DNA of 64,000 nucleotides from an uncultured Marvinbryantia sp. (GTDB lineage Bacteria; Bacillota; Clostridia; Lachnospirales; Lachnospiraceae): NCBI GenBank assembly GCA_947631355.1, contig CANRKY010000001.1, positions 1,284 to 65,283 of the forward strand, read 5' to 3'. Shown piece by piece: positions 56,841 to 64,000 of this stretch (position 1 is its first letter; each line of letters starts with the position of its first letter). The notes under the pieces were generated by a model. It saw only the letters and a program-made list of their open reading frames with translations, ran no database searches and was not told where the DNA came from. The position numbers and the translations under genes were made by a program.

Positions 56841-57020
56841 AGGCAGGTTTCCTGACTCATAAATCTTCATGCAATGCCGCCTTCCCGGTTTCCCAGTGGC
56901 CGTGCCCGCAGCACATGGCTTCGCACTCCTTACTCACAGTGACGAGATCGTACAGGATTTGCACCTGTTTCCCTTTTACCGGATGCCCCGCGGACATCCG
57001 CACCTGTTGACATGTTATGA
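56841..57020 (-). promoter_or_regulatory. Cobalamin riboswitch
   Basis: AAAGGGAAACAGGTGCAAATCCTGTACG...CACTGTG...GCCACTGGGAAACCGGGAAGGC...AGTCAGGAAACCTGCC; terminator-like hairpins at ~56598-56638 and ~56728-56762. Confidence 0.93.
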
Positions 57021-57177
57021 AATTTTCTATATCATAGCACTATTTTTTAAAAAGTACAAGCCCTTGCTTTCCCTTATTTTTTATTGTATACTGTCTGCGT
57101 TGCGGATCGCCCGGAAACCGGCTTTCACAGGCCGCTGTCCACGCCGGATCCGCACAGGTTTCAGGGAGGATTTTAGG

Positions 57178-58845
57178 ATGCAGAAAAAATGGTGGCACGG
57201 CAAAGTGGCCTATCAGATCTACCCAAAAAGTTTCTGCGATACCAACGGGGATGGCATCGGCGACCTGCGGGGGATCATAAAAAAGCTGGATTATCTGAAG
57301 GATCTGGGGGTGGACATTATCTGGATCTCCCCCTTTTACTGCTCGCCGCTGGCGGATCAGGGCTACGATATCTCCGATTATTACAACATCGATCCCCGCT
57401 TCGGCACCATGGCGGATATGGACGAACTTCTGGCGGAGGCGAAAAAGCGGGATCTCTCCATCGTGCTGGATCTGGTGGTGAACCACTGCTCCGATGAGCA
57501 CGAGTGGTTTCAGAAAATGCTGGCGGATCCGGACGGCCCCTACGGAAAGTATTTTTACATAGAAGAATGTAAGGACGGAAAGCTGCCCTGCAACTGGCGC
57601 TCCTACTTCGGCGGCCCGGTGTGGGAGCGGATCCCCGGCACCGACAAATATTATCTGCACGTGTTCCACAAAAAGCAGCCGGACCTGAACTGGGAAAACC
57701 CCCAGGTGCGGCAGGATATCTATAAAATGATCAACTGGTGGCTGGACAAGGGCGTGGCCGGATTCCGCATCGACGCCATCATCAACATCAAAAAGGCGCT
57801 GCCCTTCAAAGATTACCCGGCGGACCGCCCGGACGGCCTGTGCTCTGTGCATTACATGCTAAAAGAGGCCCAGGGCGTGCTCACGTTCCTGCACGAGATG
57901 GCGGATCACACCTTCCGCCCCCACAACGCTTTCACCGTGGGCGAGGTGTTCAACGAAAAACCGGAGGAGCTGCCAGACTTCATCGGGGACAACGGCTGTT
58001 TCTCCACCATGTTTGACTTTAACGGGGCCATCTTCGGCGGAAGCCCCAACGGGTGGTACGACCGCACGCCCATCACGCCGGATGATTACAAGCGCTGCTG
58101 CTTTGAGAGCCAGCGAAAAATAGAGGGCGTGGGCTTCCTCGCCAACATCATAGAAAACCACGATGAGCCCCGGGGCGTCAGCCGCTACATCCCCCAGGGC
58201 GACTGCACCGAGACCAGCAAAAAGATGCTGGCGGCCGTGCTGTTTATGCTGAAGGGCCTGCCCTTCCTGTTTCAGGGGCAGGAGCTGGGCATGGAGAATC
58301 TGGACTTCACCTCCATCGATGAAGTGGATGATGTGAGCACATTGGACGAATATCAGGTGGCGAGAAACGCCGGGCTTTCCCCGGAGGAGGCCCTGAAAGC
58401 CGTGAACGTGTACAGCCGCGACAATGCGCGCACGCCGTTCCAGTGGAGCGCCGAGAAAAACGCGGGCTTTACCGAGGGCACGCCCTGGCTGCGGGTGAAC
58501 CCCAACTATGTGCGCATCAATGCCGAGGAACAGATGGGGCGGCCGGACTCCGTGTATCACTTTTATAAAAAGCTGATCGCCCTGCGCAAAAATCCCCGGT
58601 ACGCCGACACCATCGTGTACGGCAGGCTGGAACCGGTGTGGGAGGACGTGCACAACCTGATGGCCTTCTATCGCAGGGGCGAGGGGCAGACACTGCTTGT
58701 GGCCGCGAACTTTCAGAACGAACCGCGGGACATCACATTGGACGCGCCCTGCCGGGAACTGATCCTCAGCAACTATGAAAACACGGAAATTCACGGCAAC
58801 ACGATCCGCCTGCAGGGGTATCAGGCGGCGATCCTGAGAATCTGA
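57178..58845 (+). CDS. Oligo-1,6-glucosidase (GH13)
   Basis: YQIYPKSF.DTNGDGIGDL, DLVVNHCSDEH, QPDLNW, GFRIDAI and ENHDEPR motifs. Confidence 0.93.
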   Translation: MQKKWWHGKVAYQIYPKSFCDTNGDGIGDLRGIIKKLDYLKDLGVDIIWISPFYCSPLADQGYDISDYYNIDPRFGTMADMDELLAEAKKRDLSIVLDLVVNHCSDEHEWFQKMLADPDGPYGKYFYIEECKDGKLPCNWRSYFGGPVWERIPGTDKYYLHVFHKKQPDLNWENPQVRQDIYKMINWWLDKGVAGFRIDAIINIKKALPFKDYPADRPDGLCSVHYMLKEAQGVLTFLHEMADHTFRPHNAFTVGEVFNEKPEELPDFIGDNGCFSTMFDFNGAIFGGSPNGWYDRTPITPDDYKRCCFESQRKIEGVGFLANIIENHDEPRGVSRYIPQGDCTETSKKMLAAVLFMLKGLPFLFQGQELGMENLDFTSIDEVDDVSTLDEYQVARNAGLSPEEALKAVNVYSRDNARTPFQWSAEKNAGFTEGTPWLRVNPNYVRINAEEQMGRPDSVYHFYKKLIALRKNPRYADTIVYGRLEPVWEDVHNLMAFYRRGEGQTLLVAANFQNEPRDITLDAPCRELILSNYENTEIHGNTIRLQGYQAAILRI

Positions 58846-58966
58846 TGCTGCGCAATAATGGAATGTTGCGGACTCTGTGCGGATTCTGTACAGGCAATAA
58901 TGGAATGTTGCAGACTCTGTGCACTGTATCAGAATATAAATTGGATTTTGTCAGAAAGGATATCAC

Positions 58967-59596
58967 ATGGACGGGATTATTTTTGACGTGGACGGCACCC
59001 TCTGGGATTCTACCGAAGTGGTGGCCGTGGCTTACAATCGGACGATCGAGGCCTACACAGATTTTGACACGCGGGTGACGGCGGACGACCTGAAAAAACT
59101 GTTCGGCCTGCCGATGGACCGCATCTTTGCGGCCATCCTGCCAAAACTTCCCCCGTCAGAGCGCTTTTGGATCGGCGCGGAGTGTTTCAAGCAGGAACAC
59201 ATCGAGCTGGAGAAGACGCCGGGCACCACCTACGCGTTTCTGGAGGAGACCCTGCAGGTGCTCTCCTGGCAGTATCCGCTTTTCATTGTGAGCAACTGTC
59301 AGGAAGGTTATATCGAACTTTTTATGCGGAAGACCGGGCTGGAAAAATACTTCAAAGACCATCTCTGCTTCGGGCAGACCGGCACCTCCAAGGGACAGAC
59401 GATCCTGCGGCTGATGGAAAAAAATAACCTGCATGCGCCGGTCTATATTGGCGACACGCAGGGGGACGCCGATGCCTGCAAGGAGGCCGGGATCCCGTTT
59501 GTGTTTGCGGCCTATGGATTCGGGGATGTGCCCGATGCAAAATATCGCATCTGGAACCTGCGGGAACTGCAGACACTGCTGCCATCCCTTCCGTAG
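58967..59596 (+). CDS. HAD-superfamily hydrolase
   Basis: FDVDGTLWD, VSN, K and YIGDTQGD motifs. Confidence 0.9.
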   Translation: MDGIIFDVDGTLWDSTEVVAVAYNRTIEAYTDFDTRVTADDLKKLFGLPMDRIFAAILPKLPPSERFWIGAECFKQEHIELEKTPGTTYAFLEETLQVLSWQYPLFIVSNCQEGYIELFMRKTGLEKYFKDHLCFGQTGTSKGQTILRLMEKNNLHAPVYIGDTQGDADACKEAGIPFVFAAYGFGDVPDAKYRIWNLRELQTLLPSLP

Positions 59597-59660
59597 AAAT
59601 GACTTGATTACCGATGGACATTCCCGTTTGATCAATAGCAATAATCTGTCTTTCGGTTTC

Positions 59661-59825
59661 ATTGACAATGAGCGCGCCAGTCTAATCAACCATAGACATT
59701 TCTACTTATTGACAATGGGCACGCCGGTCTGATTGACAATAGGCACTTTTCTTTATTGATAGAGAGTGTCCCTGATTGATTGACAGAGGGCCCGCCAATC
59801 TTGTCGATAATATTTCATTGACAAG
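59661..59825 (+). repeat. Array of degenerate ATTGACAAT(GRGCRCGCCRGTCT) repeats
   Basis: Copies at 59661, 59708, 59732 (partial), 59779 and 59817 (core only). Confidence 0.75.
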
Positions 59826-59846
59826 CTCTTAAAAAAAAGGTATCAT
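59818..59846 (+). promoter_or_regulatory. SigA-type promoter of SRP RNA
   Basis: TTGACA-17-TATCAT. Confidence 0.8.
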
Positions 59847-59852
59847 AAAAAC

Positions 59853-60119
59853 TGTCCACGCAGCCGGGGAGTTAGCGGTGCCCTGTACCTGCAACCCGCT
59901 ATAGCAGGGGTGATACCAATCCGAGGGTTCTGCGCTGTGGAGCTGCCCTCTATAAGTGGCGTTGACGTTTGGGTCTTGCACAACAGAAATCTGTGAACCG
60001 TGTCAGGTCAGGAATGAAGCAGCACTAAGCAGAACCTTTTGTGTGTTGCAAGGGTGCCTGAGCCGAGTTAACTGTAGAGGTAACGTCTGTGGCAGGAATT
60101 CGAAGTGCGGTGCGTGGAT
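59853..60119 (+). ncRNA. ffs: Large bacterial SRP RNA (scRNA)
   Basis: Domain IV GTGAACCGTGTCAGGTCAGGAATGAAGCAGC; Alu-like 5' domain; complementary termini GTCCACGCA/TGCGTGGAT; near tadA. Confidence 0.92.
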
Positions 60120-60187
60120 GTTCATTTCACCTATGCGGATATTCCTTTCCTGTATCTGATAATATATCTGGTAATGATTCCCTGGAT

Positions 60188-60907
60188 TTAATAGCTGTAT
60201 CCCCAAAGTCCTTTCATCTGCATCACCAGTCTGTCTGCATCCCAGGCAGTCTCACTGTTCTTGCGACTGTTCGGGTCATTGACCAGAACCCTTCCGTCCG
60301 CATCCAGCCCTACCAGCACAATAAAATGGCCTTTTTTTGTGAAATCTCCGGGCCGCATGGACGCAATGAGCGGACAGCCCGCCTGCAATGTATCCACAAT
60401 GGAATAGCTGTCTATGGAAACCGGCCACGCCTCCAACCCCAGAATCTGCGCCCCATCGGTCATCAGATCCCACGCTGTGCCAACGCCCGGCACATAATAG
60501 CCATGCCGTTCCGCCATGTGCGCCACGGCATAAGGATTCCACTCCGCATTTCCGGTAAGTCCGCAGTATACCATAGAGACGCAGGTGGGCCCGCAGCCCG
60601 TCATTGCAAGAAAGCCGCTGCCGTATATCCGATATCCCCAGCGATGATCCCACTGGAAAAACAGAGGGATCCCGCCATCCGCCGCCAAAAGATCCTCCGT
60701 CACATCGATCGCAAGATCCCTGCCGTAATATGCCGGGTACGCCTGAATGAACCGCACCATATCCGGGTGCTCCGCGAGCGCTTCGGCCGCATCTGCCAGG
60801 CTGGTCTCCCCATCGCTGGGCACAAAAATTCCTTGGATCCTCTCATCGGAAAATCCAGAAAACGCCGTACTGAGGATCATCCATGCCAACAATACACACT
60901 TTATCAT
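60188..60907 (-). CDS. Secreted C39-like (papain-fold) peptidase
   Basis: QWD.RW, GCGPTC, GHFIVL and NDPNS motifs. Confidence 0.85.
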   Translation of the reverse strand: MIKCVLLAWMILSTAFSGFSDERIQGIFVPSDGETSLADAAEALAEHPDMVRFIQAYPAYYGRDLAIDVTEDLLAADGGIPLFFQWDHRWGYRIYGSGFLAMTGCGPTCVSMVYCGLTGNAEWNPYAVAHMAERHGYYVPGVGTAWDLMTDGAQILGLEAWPVSIDSYSIVDTLQAGCPLIASMRPGDFTKKGHFIVLVGLDADGRVLVNDPNSRKNSETAWDADRLVMQMKGLWGYSY

Positions 60908-60924
60908 ACGCGCACATCCTTATC

Positions 60925-61031
60925 TTTCTCACACATGTATTTTCTTGCTTTTCTTCTCCCGAAGCGATCTGGCATTGCAGCAGGCAGCGCTTTTCTCACG
61001 GATGTATTTTCTTGCCTTTCTTCTCCCGCAG
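60925..61031. repeat. Duplication of tadA 3' end
   Basis: 60925-60964 matches 60992-61031 (40 bp, 4 mismatches). Confidence 0.85.
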
Positions 61032-61478
61032 TTCCCGGAAAAATTGGCTGAGCATCTCACTGCACTCCTGCTCCAGCACTCCGCGCGTCACCTGCACCTG
61101 ATGATTGAACGCGGGCATCTCCAGAATATTGAGGACAGATCCCGCGCACCCGGCTTTCGGGTTCATGCTACCGATCACCGCCTCAGTAAGCCTGGCCTGC
61201 ACCATGGCCCCCGCGCACATCTGGCAAGGCTCCAGCGTCACATACATGGTGCAGCCCTCCAGCCGCCAATCCCCCAGCTTTTTCGCCGCCTTGCGGATGG
61301 CGTTCAGCTCCGCGTGGGAGAGCGTGTTTTTATCCGTGTTCCGCCGGTTGTAGCCCCGGGCGATGATGCGCCCGTCCTGCACGATCACACAGCCGATGGG
61401 CACCTCGTCCAGCGCGTAAGCTTTCTTCGCCTGCCGGATGGCCTCGCGCATATACTTTTCATGTATGCTGTCACTCAT
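60996..61478 (-). CDS. tadA: tRNA adenosine(34) deaminase
   Basis: EVPIG, HAE and TLEPCQMCAGA motifs. Confidence 0.95.
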   Translation of the reverse strand: MSDSIHEKYMREAIRQAKKAYALDEVPIGCVIVQDGRIIARGYNRRNTDKNTLSHAELNAIRKAAKKLGDWRLEGCTMYVTLEPCQMCAGAMVQARLTEAVIGSMNPKAGCAGSVLNILEMPAFNHQVQVTRGVLEQECSEMLSQFFRELREKKGKKIHP

Positions 61479-61514
61479 AAATTTCTCCTCTCCCATGGAT
61501 GCCTGCTTTGTCAC

Positions 61515-61690
61515 GCCGCTGTCTGTTGTCCGTTTTGCTTGCTGTTGTCCGTTTTACTGCGCTGCTGGCTGCCCGTTTCACCGCGCTGCTGTCCGTTTTG
61601 CTGCGATGTCTATTGTCCGTTTTGCTGCGCTGTTCACTGTCCGTTTTGCTGCGCTGCTGGCTGCCGGTTTTATCGCGCTGCTGACCGCCG
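61515..61690. repeat. Degenerate ~23-bp intergenic tandem repeat
   Basis: Recurrent TGTCCGTTTTGCTGCGCTG units. Confidence 0.8.
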
Positions 61691-61692
61691 AT

Positions 61693-62940
61693 TCACTGTA
61701 CTGTCTGCTGTCCGTCTCGCTGCGCCGCAGCGTACCGCTTTACGATCCCCTTCAGGACTTCCACTACCTTGTCCATCCCCTCCGCCGTTATGTGCTCATA
61801 GGGGCCGTGGAAAGCGTGGCCGCCGGTGCCCAGGTTGGGGCAGGGGAGCCCCATATAGGAAAGCCGCGCCCCGTCCGTGCCGCCGCGTATGGGCATCGCC
61901 GCAGGGGTCATGCCCGCCTCTTTTATAGCCGCCTCCGCATTTTCGATCAGATGCATACAGGGCTCTATCTTTTCTTTCATGTTGCGGTACTGCTCCATGA
62001 TCTCCAGCTGCACCGCGTCCGCGCCGTATTTTTCCTGCATCAGCTTTGTAATATGTCGCAGCATCTGCTGTCTGCAGGCGAACATCTCCGCGCTGTGGTC
62101 GCGCACGATGTACTCCAGTTTCGCATCGGACACATCGCCGCTCATGCCGCAGAGATGGAAAAATCCCTCATAGCCCTCGGTATGCCCGGGCGTATCCCCC
62201 GCGGGCAGCATCGCGTTAAATTCCATGGCCAGCAAAGACGCATTGACCATGGTGTCCTTGCTACTGCCGGGATGTACGGCGAAGCCCCGGAACGTCACCT
62301 TCGCCGCACAGGCATTGAAATTTTCATATTCAATCTGGTTCTCCGCATCGCCATCCACTGTGTACGCAAAGTCCGCGCCAAAGCCCTGCACATCAAAGGC
62401 GTCCGCGCCCCGGCCGATCTCCTCGTCCGGCGTAAAGCCGATGCAGATCTTTCCGTGCGGCATCCCGCTCTTTTGCAGCTCCTCCGCCAGCGTCATGATC
62501 TCTGCCACTCCGGCCTTGTCGTCCGCACCCAGCAGCGTGGTGCCGTCTGTGGTGATCAAGGTGCGCCTGGCAAGAGAGGGAAGATGCGGAAAATCGTTTG
62601 CCGACAGCACTCTGCCGCTGGTTCCCAGAGGCACATCGCCGCCATCGTAATGTTCGATCACCTGGGGAGACACGTGCTCCCCGGAAAAATCCGGCGCCGT
62701 GTCCATGTGCGCGATAAACCCGATGGCGGGAGCACCCTCGCACCCCGCCGTGGCGGGAATGGCGCCGTAAACATAGCATTTCTCGTCTATCCGGGCGTCC
62801 TTTACGCCCAGCTCCTCCAGCTCGTCCCTCAGCTGCCGCCCCAGGTCAAACTGCCGCGCCGTGGAGGGCGTGGACGCACTGTCCTCGCAGCTTGTGGTGT
62901 GCACTTTCACATAGTTCAGTAATCTCTCATATGCCCGCAT
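61693..62940 (-). CDS. pepT: Peptidase T
   Basis: GFIAHMDT, LLGADDKAG, FTPDEEIG and IRGGTDG motifs. Confidence 0.95.
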   Translation of the reverse strand: MRAYERLLNYVKVHTTSCEDSASTPSTARQFDLGRQLRDELEELGVKDARIDEKCYVYGAIPATAGCEGAPAIGFIAHMDTAPDFSGEHVSPQVIEHYDGGDVPLGTSGRVLSANDFPHLPSLARRTLITTDGTTLLGADDKAGVAEIMTLAEELQKSGMPHGKICIGFTPDEEIGRGADAFDVQGFGADFAYTVDGDAENQIEYENFNACAAKVTFRGFAVHPGSSKDTMVNASLLAMEFNAMLPAGDTPGHTEGYEGFFHLCGMSGDVSDAKLEYIVRDHSAEMFACRQQMLRHITKLMQEKYGADAVQLEIMEQYRNMKEKIEPCMHLIENAEAAIKEAGMTPAAMPIRGGTDGARLSYMGLPCPNLGTGGHAFHGPYEHITAEGMDKVVEVLKGIVKRYAAAQRDGQQTVQ

Positions 62941-63087
62941 TTTCTTCTCCTATATCTCATTCTATTTTCCTGTATGTTTTTCACGGTTCGCCCGCGATCT
63001 GCCAAAAACACTCCCACGGCCTGTTAGAAACGATCCCATGCTCTGCCAGAAGTGATTCCGCACCTTGCCAGAAATAATCCACAGGTG

Positions 63088-63624
63088 TCAGCGCTCGATG
63101 CCGTCCCGCGCGGGCTGCCCCTGCGCAAAAGGATGCCTGCGCGCACAGATCTCCGACACATAATCCGCTCTCTGAAGCAGCGCCTCGTCCGGCCCCTGGC
63201 CTGTGAGGATCACTTCCAGGTTTTCCGGTCTGTGATCCAGAAAGTCCAGCACCAGCGCCTCGTCCAGAAGCCCGGCCCGGATGGTGTAGATCACCTCGTC
63301 CAAAAACAGCAGGTCGTACTGCCCATCCCGCGCCAAATCCGTCACCTTTTTCAGCTGCTGTGCGTAAAATTTCCTGCGCTCGCTCTTTTCTTCCTCTGTC
63401 ATCTGAAAACTGAATTTCTCCTCGGTAAGGCCGTCCACAATGGTGATATTCTCCACCTTTTCCAGAATCTTCCGCTCGCTGGTCCGGTTGTTTTTCATAA
63501 ATTGATAGATCAGCACCCTGTAGCCGTACCCCGCCGCGCGCACGCAAAGGCCCATGCCCGCCGTGGTCTTGCCCTTGCCGTCCCCGCAATAGATATGCAC
63601 CAGTCCCGTGGTCTTCACCGCCAT
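63088..63624 (-). CDS. cobO: Cob(I)yrinic acid a,c-diamide adenosyltransferase
   Basis: IYCGDGKGKTTA, QFMK, LDEV and ILTG motifs. Confidence 0.92.
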   Translation of the reverse strand: MAVKTTGLVHIYCGDGKGKTTAGMGLCVRAAGYGYRVLIYQFMKNNRTSERKILEKVENITIVDGLTEEKFSFQMTEEEKSERRKFYAQQLKKVTDLARDGQYDLLFLDEVIYTIRAGLLDEALVLDFLDHRPENLEVILTGQGPDEALLQRADYVSEICARRHPFAQGQPARDGIER

Positions 63625-63748
63625 AGCTTTCTCGTTCCTTCCTTTCGGCTCTGTTGTCGCCGTTCCATTTCGACTCTGCTGTAGCCGTTCCATTTCGGCC
63701 CTGCTACCATCCTACCATACCGACCACTGTATCTTCAAGCAGATTTTA

Positions 63749-63783
63749 ATGGGGCGCGGCCTGTCGCGGTTTATTTCATAAAT
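63749..63783. repeat. Half copy of the REP-like element at 52.2 kb
   Basis: ATGGGGCGCGGCCTGTCGCGGTTTATTTCATAAAT versus ATGGGGCGCCGCCTATCACGATTTATTTCATAAAT. Confidence 0.65.
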
Positions 63784-63919
63784 TACATTTGTTATTTTGG
63801 TTTACAAAAAACTTTCTTTCGTGTATGATTACGAGAGAAACCGACATGTATTCCATCACAGCAGAAAGATCTGGTCACAGCAAAAATCACCGCACATATT
63901 TTAGAAAAAGGGGATCCGG

Positions 63920-64000
63920 ATGAATTTGAGCAAAACACCAAAGCAGCGTATTGTTTCCATCTGCCTGGCGTGCAGCTTGCTCCCGATGCAGGTTTATGCA
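63920..64000 (+). CDS. 5' end of a secreted protein (truncated by window edge)
   Basis: MNLSKTPKQRIVSICLACSLLPMQVYA is signal-peptide-like. Confidence 0.55.
   Translation, partial: MNLSKTPKQRIVSICLACSLLPMQVYA

Noticed and set aside
58852-58925. Two-copy direct repeat GCAATAATGGAATGTTGC(G/A)GACTCTGTGC and ORF 58845..59078
   Set aside because: A short local duplication; the ORF is repeat-derived, overlaps the HAD gene and shows no coding evidence.
21358-63684. Numerous long plus-strand and alternate-frame ORFs (e.g. 21358..22644, 26462..27739, 48461..50005, 53258..54520, 61438..62922)
   Set aside because: Shadow ORFs antisense to well-supported genes in GC-rich DNA, with no recognisable motifs.
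38188-63693. Extended ORF-track starts (glgB 40356, tetR 42692, adhesin 50245, ABC ATPase 52172, glucosidase 56869, tadA 61514, cobO 63693)
   Set aside because: Downstream starts with good RBSs and family-typical N-termini fit better; the extensions run through promoters, riboswitch or repeats.

Overview
Bacterial chromosome window from a gut Clostridia/Lachnospiraceae-like organism (taxon inferred from gene content). It has three parts. (1) 1-~18.9 kb is a visibly AT-rich island. It holds one ~17-kb minus-strand operon that runs off the left edge: membrane protein, coiled-coil protein, Zn-ribbon-FHA, NrdG-like radical SAM, ClpB-like AAA+, PP2C, Ser/Thr kinase, membrane protein, WXG100-like proteins, FtsK/EssC-like ATPase, WXG-HNH toxin and paralogous membrane-anchored proteins. 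A decayed dinJ-yafQ pair follows. The island ends at a degraded copy of the rpsA 3' end that flanks an Rpn-family gene. (2) 21.7-33.4 kb is a GC-rich accessory block. A TyrRS fused to a B3/4 editing-type domain sits behind a leader that looks like the 5' half of tRNA-Tyr merged into a terminator. Six tightly coupled genes follow: ART-like/collagen-tail protein, PLP decarboxylase, GNAT-like protein, B12 radical SAM, NodU/CmcH carbamoyltransferase and TIR/DUF4062-like-TPR protein. (3) 33.4-64 kb is mostly ordinary: ECF sigma with beta-propeller partner, glgB/GH13/TetR, spmB, a sortase-anchored adhesin, a cobalamin-riboswitch cbiK-ABC operon, oligo-1,6-glucosidase, HAD hydrolase, SRP RNA, C39 peptidase, tadA, pepT and cobO, with many short tandem and palindromic repeats. 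No CRISPR array, rRNA, complete tRNA or integrase was seen. All calls are by eye from motifs; no database searches or folding programs were run.
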